A program made the position numbers and the translations under genes. From the human T2T-CHM13v2.0 reference genome, Homo sapiens: a stretch of 64,000 bases of DNA. The notes under the pieces are model-generated. The model had not been told where the DNA came from. It saw only the letters and a program-made list of their open reading frames with translations, and made no database searches. Below, in pieces: positions 49,373 through 64,000 of this stretch; the stretch's first letter is position 1, and each line of letters starts with the position of its first letter. The stretch lies in assembly GCF_009914755.1 (NCBI RefSeq), contig NC_060930.1; one strand, 5' to 3'.

Positions 49373-50005
49373 ATCTGAGAATGAAATTTCCCTTAGGAGC
49401 CTACAACTGTAATTAACATCATCCTATGAACCTAAGGTAAAGCCAACTGCCAATAATGAGTAACCTCAAACAATTTCAGCCTTTTTCCCGACATAATTTT
49501 TTATATCACCATACCTGGAAACCCAGTTCTGAATACTACTATTTCTCCGGCTTCATTTCTCCCTCTCTCGTTTCTTCTACCTGCCATACCCCTCTATCCC
49601 TCCATACGCCTGCAACTCCCTCACCACCACCCTATCACAGACCTCATTCTCCCAGTTTCAGTTTTCTCTCCTCCCCTGTGAGCAACAAACATCTCTAAAC
49701 AGTGAGAGAGAAGCTGAGAGACCTGAGTTTGGTGAAAACCTGTTCCCAGCATGGAAACTTGCTAACATCAGTCAAGAACAAATCAAAGAAGCATGAAGAC
49801 CAGAGGAGCAACATGTGATGGAGAAAGGCCCTTTAGTAACAGATACCCCACAATGGCCCTCTGACAAAAGCATTTAAGGACGCAAATGAATCACGAGTTG
49901 TTATTATTTGTCTTTTGGTGGAAAATTAGAACAATTTTATTTTTCAATTGTTTTTTCTTTTCTCAGCCTCATCTGTGATACAATATTTACAATCTTTTTT
50001 TTTAG

Positions 50006-50287
<282 letters not shown>

Positions 50288-50338
50288 TGACCAAGAACTG
50301 TTTTAAAATATAAAATCTGGGCCAGGTGTGGTGGCTCA

Positions 50339-50593
<255 letters not shown>

Positions 50594-50908
50594 TCATCTC
50601 AGAAAAAAAAAAAAATCTGACACTGAAATTTACCCACTTAATTGTCAATAAACCAGCAGAGCCAATTCAATTCATACTTACTGAATGGTTCTTCTTTACC
50701 ACAATGTCAATATAACTAAGAATAATACAAATAAAGCCTGGTGTGGGTATGGAAGCATTCTTTATCAACAGTGTTCAGATTTTGATAAATAAGCTGAGTT
50801 ATGAAGCTGGGGGAAAAAAAATCCCAAGAGTCAAAACACCACTAACAGAAAATCTTTATCTGTGCCTGTTTAGTATGAAGCCACTTAAAAGGGTAGCTGA
50901 TAGGAGCT

Positions 50909-52637
<1,729 letters not shown>

Positions 52638-52916
52638 GGCTGCTTCCTCCAAGTTTGTCAGAGATCTGAAATCCACCATATTTATTCCAACAAGTGTTGC
52701 TTTGGTTTATTTGTTGACTAAGTAACATTTGCTTCTTGGCCTTCTTTGGTACTAATAATTACAACTTAGTACTCTTCTGTTTAAGTTGTTGAGACCTCTC
52801 AAGTTTAAATACTCATTGTATCATTAAATAAAAATGCTTCAAGTCTGATCTGAAGCCATCAGTGCTAAGTACCTAAGCCAGGATGAGCAACATGAAGAAA
52901 GAAGAAGAGTCTATAC

Positions 52917-53028
52917 CTGCTTGGAGGTAAAACCTTCTCTTCCATGTAGTAATCACAATTCATCCCAATCTTGTTGCTCAGCTTGGAAACTTCATTAACG
53001 GTTTCTGTCAGACCTGTGACAGAAAGAA
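52917..53028 (-). CDS. TCP11: TCP11 coding exon (FLSVTGLTETVNEVSKLSNKIGMNCDYYMEEKVLPPS)
   Basis: cag acceptor (alternative at 53013), AG|GTATAG donor, 112 nt. Confidence 0.9.
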
Positions 53029-54247
53029 CTGATGGTGGACAACAATGAGCCCATGCAAGTCTGAATTTCTATTTTATTCAGAGATTCACTCAATCTAGTA
53101 GGCCCCAAATTTAGATTAATCAAACTGGTCTTACACAGACTCACCCAACTATTCTAGTGATTTATGTTTTCTGCACTCTATGCCCCACGACAGTGCTAGA
53201 AACTTTCAGAATAGTAGTCTAACACTGGGGGAAGGCAGGACAAATAGCTAGTTTATAAAAAAAAGCAGGAAGTGAAACAGATGAAAAACTTTTCTCTTAA
53301 AAAGTAAAATCGTATTTATAGCAGCAAAGAAACAATAATTTGAAATTTGCAAAAATAAACATTTATCTAAGTATTAAGGTTCCACGTTCCTTTTCCTGTC
53401 TCTGATGCTATACATGATGAAAGCTAAACTCTCCCTACAGATAATACTCAGATGTTACTGAATAGTGCCAAAGTCATTTGGTCTTCTAAAGCGGTAGTTC
53501 TCAGATTTTAGGAATTCACAGACTAATAAAATTTCTGAAAATATTTTAAGCAACTGAAAACAACTTGCCAACTTTTTGTTTTGCCTAGTATGGACAGTGA
53601 AACAAGCAAATAAAAATCATCTACCACCACCAAAATCATCATTTCATCAAAGAAAAGATAGCTTAACCTCTGAAAAAAACCAGAAAGGAAATATTGTCAA
53701 AATAAACAGCAGTCCCTTAAATGGAATTAACTTTAGGAAAACTCATTACAATATCTTTATGATTTCATTTCACTAAATAGTGCTAAGAATTTTGTCACAG
53801 ACCAGCATGGGTATTTGGCAACCACTGTTCTAAGTTTTTAGTGCAGACCTATAGTACAGCTGATAGCATTCACACATAATAGGTATATATGGTAGTTACA
53901 ATGATTACGTGGTGTATAAAATGCAGCCGTATACAATAAATCATATTTTATCACTCTCTTTTGATGCAGCATCATGATTTTTCACAGAAAATTATTTGGC
54001 TCCAAGATGTGGAGGAGATGTAGATGAACAAAGATTGGCCACGAGTTGATCATTGTTGAAGCTGGATGATGGATAAATGGGGGCTCATTGTATTAGTCAT
54101 TCTATTTCATAAATGTATAATTTTTCTATAGTAAAAAGATTTGAAAATGTAAAAAGGAAAAATAAGGTTACTGTAGAAAAGTTACACAGGAGAATGCCCC
54201 TGTTCTTAGATACATGATGAAATATTTAGAGGTAAAGTCATGACTTT

Positions 54248-55105
54248 GTATCTCACCCCAGTTAAAATGGCTTTTATCCAAAACTCAGGCAATAACAAAC
54301 GCTGGTGAGGATGTGGAGGAAAGGGAACCCTCATACACTGTTGGTGGGAATGTAAATTAGTACAGCCACTATGGAGAATAGTTTGGAGGTTCCTCAAAAA
54401 CCTAAAAATAGAGCTACCACATGATCCAGCAATCCCACTGCTGGGTATATACCCAAAAGAAAGGAAATCAATCTATCGAAGAGATATCTGCACTCCCATG
54501 TTTATTTCAGCACTATTTATGATAGCCAAGATTTGGAAGCAACCTGTGTCCATCAACAGACAAATGGTAGATATACACAATGGAGTGCTATTCAGCCAAA
54601 AACAAAAAAACAACACAAGATCTTGTTATCCGCAACAACGCAGATGGAACAGGAGGTCATTATGTTAAGTGAATTAAGCCAGGCACAGAAAGAAAAACTT
54701 CACATGTTCTCACTTATTTGTGGGAGCTAAAAATTAAAACAATTGAACTCATGTAGATAGAGAATAGAATGACAGATAACCAGAGGCTGGGAAGGGTAGT
54801 TGGGTGGGGGGTTGGGGGGTTGCAGGGAAGCACAGATGGTTAATGGGTACAAAAAATAGAATGAATAAGATCTAGTATTTGAGAGAACAGAATGACTGTA
54901 GTCAACAATAATTTAGTTGCACATTTTAAAATAACTAAAAGAGTATAATTGGATTGTTTGTAACACAAAGGATAAATCCTTGAGATGATGTGTACCGCAT
55001 TTACCCTGATGTGATTATTACACATTGTATGCCTGTATCAAAATATCCCATATACCTGATAAATATACACACCTACTATGTACCCACAAAAATTTAAAAA
55101 TTAAA
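54248..55105 (+). mobile_element. L1 3' end (L1PB/L1MA-like)
   Basis: tatctcaccccagttaaaatggctt..., atccagcaatcccactgctgggtatataccc, 3'UTR and A-tail. Confidence 0.85.
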
Positions 55106-55177
55106 AGAAGTCAAGGCCAGGTGCTGTGGCTCTTGCCTATAATCCCAGCACTTTGGGAGGCTAAGGCAGGCAGATCA

Positions 55178-55401
<224 letters not shown>

Positions 55402-56955
55402 CTAGTTTATAAAAAAAAAAAAACCCATCAACAACAACAAAAATTAAAAGAAGTCAAGACGTTGCAATTTTAAAAGGCAGGAGGGGGAAATACAGGGAGA
55501 GAGAAAAAGCAATACGGCAGAATATTAACACTGTGGGCATTCACTGTATTATTTTTTACTTTCCAGCAGACTTACGATATTTAAAAATAAAAAGTTAAGG
55601 AGATTGTAGACCTTTACCAAAAATCCACTGAGTCTCTGCTTAGGTAAACATGAAGGTGAACTGGACCTTAAGTGGACGCTTGAGGTTCCCTTTATTTCTG
55701 CAGCCTCTCTGAAGTCTTTAGTTTCAGCCAAAATGGCAAAACACAATCAAATATGTAAACAGACTCACTGCTAATTCACTAATGCTAAATGAGAGCTAAG
55801 AGAAAATCTTCAGAAGGGGATTGAACTACAGCAGCTTATTGAGGGACGGAGGGAAATATACACAGAAACACTTTCCAACTACAACAAATCAAAGTTCATA
55901 GCCTGCCTTGATAAGACTTCTGTTGCTCAAAAGTTACACAGCACTAAGCAATTCCAAAACAGCTCTAAAATTCAGGAATGAGGAGAGCTCAAAGAGAAAT
56001 TAGAGATAAAATTTAACCGAAATAGATTTTAAAAATCCAGATCCCAAGGACAAAGACATTTTCAAGTAATATAACAACCAAGTCAACCTAATACACAAAA
56101 TTTCAAATTTTTTTAAAAAGGAATTTGATTATTCATTTTACTGAGAGTTGTTTTATATATGGACTCATTTAAATAGACACCTCAAAAACTTAAATTGTGT
56201 GTACAAAAAAACGGATTTTTCATCCTACCTCAGGTTCATAGCTGTTGGAAATGACCCCAATATGCCTTTTGGTGCCATTCAGTTAACCAGCAGCGACCTC
56301 ATGTGGCCACAAGAAAAACCAATCTAATTCAGCCGCAAAGCCTCAATCTAATTTTTCGCATTTCAATAGTCAAGAATTTTATCTTGAGTTGTTGCACACG
56401 GACAGCTCCTCAGTTTGATGACTAGTTACGTTCTCTGGAGATTAAGAGAAATACAGCATGAGTCCCAGTGAGACTGGACCTACCACGAAGCGCGGAGAAG
56501 ACCTTGTGCCCCAACAAGAACACAAAAGAACACCCACTACAGAACCGAGCTAGAGACTGGGCCCAGGACACTACTATTTCTTGAGTTAGCAAAGCGCTGA
56601 GAAAACCCAATTCCCGTCTGGGATCATTTGGGTTCTTTAAAATCAATCCCAGATCTATCTGCCAATCCCCCCTACATATTCAAAATACAATACAAAGGAG
56701 GGCTTTGAACCGACTCAGTCTCAAATCTTGTCAGATTCAAGTAATCACGCTTGGGTCACTTCTTTCTCTAGAACCAAAAACTCTTTGAAGACCTCTGCCC
56801 TCGGGCCTGTAAGTAAAGGCGGGTGGGGGAGAAACGGAGAAAGACAAACGAGAGAGGGATAGTGAAGAGAGAAAACTTGGGGGATGGGGGGGCCTGCGGA
56901 CCCCCCACACTAAGCACCCCCTAGGGGGCCACAGGGACTGCCGAGCTGGACCTAC

Positions 56956-57079
56956 AGGGAGGGGGGTCCTCGGAGCCGCTCTTGTCTTCCTGGGGGGGTC
57001 CTGAGGTTTCGGGCTTACAGGACCTGCCCTCTGAGTCGCCAGGATATTTCGGGGGCACACTCTCCTTGACGTCTGGCAT
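56956..57079 (-). CDS. TCP11: TCP11 first coding exon (MPDVKESVPPKYPG...EDPPP); exon spans 57093-56956
   Basis: AAAATGC start context, cacccag acceptor, T|GTAGGT donor; the nine exons total 1512 nt = 503 aa plus stop. Confidence 0.92.
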
Positions 57080-57413
57080 TTTGCTGATGGTATCTGGGTG
57101 AGGGAGAAAGGCGTGTTGTTGGCGTCGGGGAAGGGGCCTCCCCAATTGCCAAGGGGGTCCCTGGGGGCGGCGGGAAGGGGGGTAGCGGCCTCAGGGTCTT
57201 GGGGGTGCTGAGGGGCAGAAAGGGGCAAAGGAGCGTGGAGGAGCGGAAGTCGAGAGTGGGACAGAAGTGGAGCGCTGGGCGGCAACGAGGAAACTAAAGC
57301 CACAGAAGCCCGGCGCAGGGCGGGAAGCGTGGGAAGGCCCCTTCCTTCGCGGCGAGGTGCCCCCCTCGCCCGAAACGCCGGCCCAGGCCCGCCTCCGGCT
57401 CCCAGGCCGTCAC

Positions 57414-57550
57414 CTCCTCCTCCCCGCCGCGGGTCATCCACTGGCGTCCGCTCGGTGGGCCTCGCGGCCTGGCGGCCTGGAGCGTACCACCGCGGCGGAG
57501 CGGCGGGTTGGGGCGTCGCACGGTGAGAAAGGCCGGGGCCTGAGAACAAA
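57414..57550 (-). other. TCP11: Probable TCP11 exon 1 (5'UTR); 5' boundary approximate
   Basis: GAG|GTGACG donor inside the CpG island, 320 nt upstream of exon 2. Confidence 0.6.
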
Positions 57551-58147
57551 CCGCCGCGGTCGCCGGGGCAACGGGACGGGGCACGTGCCCCCCCCGCCAG
57601 AGCCGGAAGCGGCAGGCTCGTGCGTCCCTCCTGAGCTCGAAGCCAACCAGGCCTCGAGCGGCTCGCTGCGGCCGGTTCATGCCGGTCAGCTCCCGCCCCT
57701 CGAGAAGGATGGCCTGGAACTGCTGAGACGAGGCCAGAGCATGCATGGGGCTTTTCTTCAGGCTGTTTGGACAGCCGAGAAGCCGAGCCACACCCAGGAG
57801 GGTTGTTTCACAGCGTGTGCCGCAGGGGCGCAGGGGCCGCGCTCTTTCCTCACATGTGGGAGAAGCGGAGGAGCCGCCAGGGCTGGGGCCAGGCTCTGCC
57901 CACTGGGGTTCCGCCCGTTGTCGCCCTCCGCCTCCTGGGCTCTAGCCCTTGCCTTTCTTGACTCTAAGTCTACTCTGTCGCCCTTGCAGTGATGTGAAGA
58001 CCTGGAGTGCCCCTGCCTGAGAAAATAGAAAGGAAGCGTTTCCTCTTCACCTGCTCCCGTCTCTCTTTATTACTGTGTCATGACTTCTTACCATAAAAGT
58101 GTACAGTAACAAAACAAAACAAAAGATGAAAGTATTATGGTAAGAAT

Positions 58148-58716
<569 letters not shown>

Positions 58717-59977
58717 AACCTTTGCCTTGTTAGTGTGGAGTGTGGATGTTTCTTGCACAACTCTTGGGTTTGGAGGGGGAAATTATAAAGACACCCAAAA
58801 GCATTTGTGCTTAAAAAAAGTCCATTCCACCTTGAGGCCCAGGCATATACCAGGGGAGTGGCCTAGCCAAGTTACTGTTTATCCAGAGCATCTCAGACTC
58901 ATCCATACCAAACCTACCCCTTCCTCCTCCTCGCCCTCTCCTGCTATTTCCCTCAGGGATGCCAACTGTGAAGCAGGCCAGCCTTCACCCTAAAACCACC
59001 AGAAGTGGGAGGAAGTTGCATGATGACTTCAGCAAAGAGTTCAATGAAATATGATGCTTCCTTATTACATAGGGAGATATTTAGGCTGGGTTATTGATTT
59101 CTCTTTAAAAATGCAAATCAGGAATTCCATTTGGCATTTTTACTTCTGGGAAAGTTTCCAGAATAACACCAGTTCGTTTCCCCCACAAAAATTGCATTGC
59201 TGTAAAACTCCCTACTGATGTCTGAAATTCCTCTAACAATTCTTTCATATATGTTAAATTGTCTGTTTAAATATTCTCTTAATATTCGAATTGTCTGGGA
59301 GGGTCAGTGGGAAGAAATAGCAGTCCAGGAGCACATGGTAGTGTGAGAGGGGGGTGGGGGAGGGTGGAGAGTGGGGAGGGGACCGAAGCCAGAACAGGAG
59401 GAAAAGGAGGTAGCAGAGAAAGACAAAATTAGTTTTCCCAGGGTCAGCCCAGGTACAGCATTTCATGATCTTTATCATTAATAGTCATCAGAACCAACCA
59501 AGCAAAAGTTAGAGGTTGAGGGGAGTAGAAAGATCAAGTAAGAGATATGCACTTCTTCCCTTTGGGGTCTTAGTTAATAACTGATTTCTCTGTAATGATT
59601 TACAGAATGCTTTTACATCGCAGATCTATATGCTCTGCACACAATCTCATTCAGTAGGCAAGGCAGGTGTTATACTGGACTGTCTGAAAGGTGAACAAGC
59701 TGGGGATCAAAGAGGTTTCAGAGAGTAACCAAAAGTCACACAGTAAGCAAGATCTTGACTCTTGATCAGATACTTTTTCTTAATTCACATGACCTCCTTG
59801 ACTCTGGTATCTATTATGTACACAATAAAATATAACATATAATGGCATGGTAAGTACTGGGGCCGGGGCTATGAACAAGAAGTGCTACCTGAGGACTGAG
59901 AAAGGGTGAAAGATCTTGCTAGTGTTTGGGTCAGTTCAAGCCCAGCCTTTAGCCAGGGTCCTCAGTAAGATTCTCTA

Positions 59978-61057
<1,080 letters not shown>

Positions 61058-62094
61058 CCCTCCCTCAAATCTTTGAATAGAATTCTTGTTCCAGGAGGAA
61101 GGGCTTCCTGTACTTGTTGGTACACCTCTGTATATCCCCATGGGTGCCTACAACCCAGTTTGAGAAGCAGTTCATGGTAATTTCAGGCCTGCAACTAGAA
61201 TTTTCCTATTCTTCAACCATGTTCTCACATATGAGAGCTTTAACTCAAGCCCAGTAGTGTGGTCTATTCTCATTATTAAATACTATTCTGTGTACACTAC
61301 CCCACAAAAGCACATTATGTAGAAAGTCAGTCCTATCCACAAAGACATTCTGAAAGAGGGGTGTATAAAGACAAAGATACAAGCGACATACTTGGAGGTG
61401 GCTGTAAGAGGTAGAGAATCACAGAATTTAAGAGGAATCCTGGATACAAATCTGCTAACTAAAACAAAACAAAAATGAAAAACCCCTCACTTTACAAAGA
61501 AACATTTTAGGCTCAGTGAGGTTAAATGACTTGGCTAAGGTCACCACCAGTTTATGGAAAATTCAGGACTAGAACCCATATCACCGTCTGTTTACTCTGT
61601 AATGTATAGAGGTATGCAAGAGTAAAAGCTAATACTGTAAATAAACATTTACATTTCCTAAAGAAAAATGTAAATGATAGGGCATGGAATGGAGAAAGTA
61701 AGGGATGAAGTTAAATAAAGGCCAAGATGCAAGTACAGTCGAGTATACTGGAAGATAAACAGTCAACTAAAGTGGTAGGGACACATAAATACAGGGTGGG
61801 ACATTTAAATGGAACCATTTGGAGTCATGTAAACTCGGACTGACTTCATTATAGCCTCCCTTATGATACAGAACCGCACGTCAAAACTATTTGCTTTAGT
61901 CTTTTGACAAATGTGTTTTCTCCACAGAACCCAAGAGTAGGAGAAGGGTTGAGGGAATCTGGGGGCAGTCTGGAGGTGGTCCTTTGAAGCTGAATGTGAA
62001 GTGTGATGGATGGGAAAACCATTACAAATCTCTAAGGGAGGAGGCTCAAAGCGGAAGACAAAGAAGATTCTGGGAGCAATGTTTACTGCCTCCT

Positions 62095-62494
62095 TTTCTA
62101 GCCACATCTCACTCCATTAGCAACACCTCACAGGCTCTGCTCTTCCGACCTCAGGGTCTTTGCATATGCTGTTCCTTCCACCTAGCATGTTTCTCCCTGC
62201 TCTAAAAGCCCCTTTCGCCTCCCTGACTCTCATCCTTCAGAACTAGCTTACAAGGCCTAACTTCCTCAGAGGACCTTCCATGGCCCTCCATTAGCTTCTC
62301 TCAACACCCTGCATGTTTTCTCCATAGCACTCATCACATTTTGTAATCATATGTTTGTTGGCATACTTAACCTTTATTGAAATGTGACTCTCCCATGAGA
62401 CTAAGCTTTCTGGGAGCAGGGACTGTGTGCATTTTATTCACTGTTGTGCCTGGGACATAATAGGTGTCCAATCAATAATTATGGAATGAATGAA
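62095..62494. mobile_element. L2 3'-end remnant
   Basis: cctcagggtctttgcatatgctgttccttc...gtgcctgggacataataggtg...gaatgaatgaa. Confidence 0.7.
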
Positions 62495-64000
62495 CAGGGG
62501 AGACTGCATTGTAAGGGGAGTGACAGAGAATGGGCCACTGCTCCCCTCACACACCCAAGATGTCAAGCAAAGTATCTCTCTCTGGATCCAGTCTCGGTTA
62601 CCAGGGTCTGTCTTTCTCTTTTTGTCTCATAAGCATATAGCCATGTTTTTTCTCTTTCTGTGTCTCCTCTGTCCTTAGCTTCCTGAGAGAGCCTTTTAAA
62701 CCAGCAAAGACAATGTCTGAGAGAAAAGGACTTTTGAGGCCCTGTGACACTGGAGTGCCTCCCACCCCCAATCAGAAGGTGGCAGCAGGGGGCAGTGGCA
62801 CCATGGGAGTAACTTAGAACCTGGCTCCTAGATGAAGGAGTTTCTCTCTCTCTCTCTGCAGAGCAACCCAGGGTCAGCAGCAGCCGAAAGCCACAAAAAC
62901 TGACTTTAAAAGTCCTCCTAAGAGCTGCATCTTTTGAGTCCCCAAAACAATCACGCCTTGTGCCCCAGGACACGGCGCGAGTTGCACACTTAAAGCAGTT
63001 TCCACAGAACCGCATTCAGTTGGTTTTAAACTCTGGGGAAAGCTGGCAGCCTCTTTGTGGGTTTTTTAAAAAACTAGTTAGAGGGACAATTAAACCTTTA
63101 TGGGCCCCAGAATGTACCTATGCAGACATAAATAAGGATCATTCTTCATCACTGGAGAATCCACTTTCTGGCAACAGATATATTTTTCTGCCATTGCAGG
63201 ACAGAGTTGAGCTCACGTCTGAGAACCTTTATGATTAAATGGGCAGGTGATGGGGGTTAGCATGAGCAGCGTTAGAACTTTGACCCTAAATTTGGCACAG
63301 GCCTTTTCTCAAAATGGATGTATCACAGGCCTTGGGCTTAGATGGTCTTAAATAAATCACATAAACTCCCAAAGCCTTTCCAGAAAGCTGCCAGGATTTT
63401 AGGCCAAGAAAACTCATCTTGCTCTCTCTTTGTGTTACTTCAGGCCAAAATGCTCCATTTGTCAAAGAATCCTGACTCTTTTATTCCCACTCTTAACAAC
63501 ACAATACAATGTATTCATATATTTACAGTGCAGTGCCCTTCAATGGTCCAGATGATTTTTTTAATCCAATAACATCATTAAATGCACCGGGGGCTCTCTT
63601 CTTAAAGAACTTTTGAGTAAACTCTTTTGTTAAGGGAAGCGATCTTTCATAAGGCAAATCATCAGTCTCCAATTTGTTTTCCAAATCTGAGATTTTCTTA
63701 AACCAGGGTCTACTTTAGATGATGGCTTGTGCATTTTCTTTTATTTTTCTGACTTTGGTTAAGACAAGCTTTTCCTGACTAGACATTATTGGGTAGGGAT
63801 GAAGGAACCTCAAACACTTGAGAAATAAATCAGTTTCAGTCATTTGTGTCATCCATAATTCTTTAGAACCACCAGCTTAAAGCAAAGCATAATGATCTCC
63901 TGACAAAGAACCCAGCCGCACAGATTCGAGGGCCAGCCTATTTGAAGTCCATCTCAAAAGAAACGTGGGGGGAGGGTGTTTAGGACATTATTGTAGTTTT

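Larger units (their letters stand above)
56900..57950. promoter_or_regulatory. CpG island / TCP11 promoter
   Basis: Very high GC and CpG density over the first exons; ETS-like CGGAAG (57244, 57604), E-box CACGTG (57582-57587), RFX X-box (57559-57572). Confidence 0.88.

Noticed and set aside
56737-57549. 270-aa ORF on - and the 241-aa ORF at 57267-57992 on +
   Set aside because: Low-complexity P/R/G/A products expected from stop-poor CpG-island DNA; the - ORF runs through TCP11 introns in a different frame from the CDS and neither has a recognisable domain.
63560-64000. Possible coding or ERV remnant on - (…SDLENKLETDDLPYERSLPL…)
   Set aside because: Short, interrupted by stops, no recognisable family; cannot be supported without a database search.

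Overview
Primate (almost certainly human) genomic DNA. It holds the 3' end of ANKS1A/Odin on + (PTB-domain exons, 3'UTR ending near 8.2 kb) and, convergently, the complete TCP11 gene on - (9 coding exons summing to 1512 nt = 503 aa, CpG-island promoter at about 57 kb). Between them lies a roughly 24 kb block of nested retroelements: an old L1 interrupted by a two-LTR MER34-type ERV1 provirus, MaLR LTRs, an HERV-K(HML-5) fragment and many Alus. The most unusual observations are: (1) an HML-5 insertion bounded by two inward-facing U3 ends inside one target-site duplication; (2) a splicing switch at the ANKS1A C-terminus that adds or removes a PDZ-binding tail, plus two candidate cassette exons; (3) two locally templated duplications inside L1 sequence; (4) an out-of-frame upstream ATG and an RFX/MYB composite site at TCP11. 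No prokaryotic-type system, CRISPR array or RNA gene is supported. Repeat subfamily names come from recalled consensus sequences and repeat boundaries are approximate.
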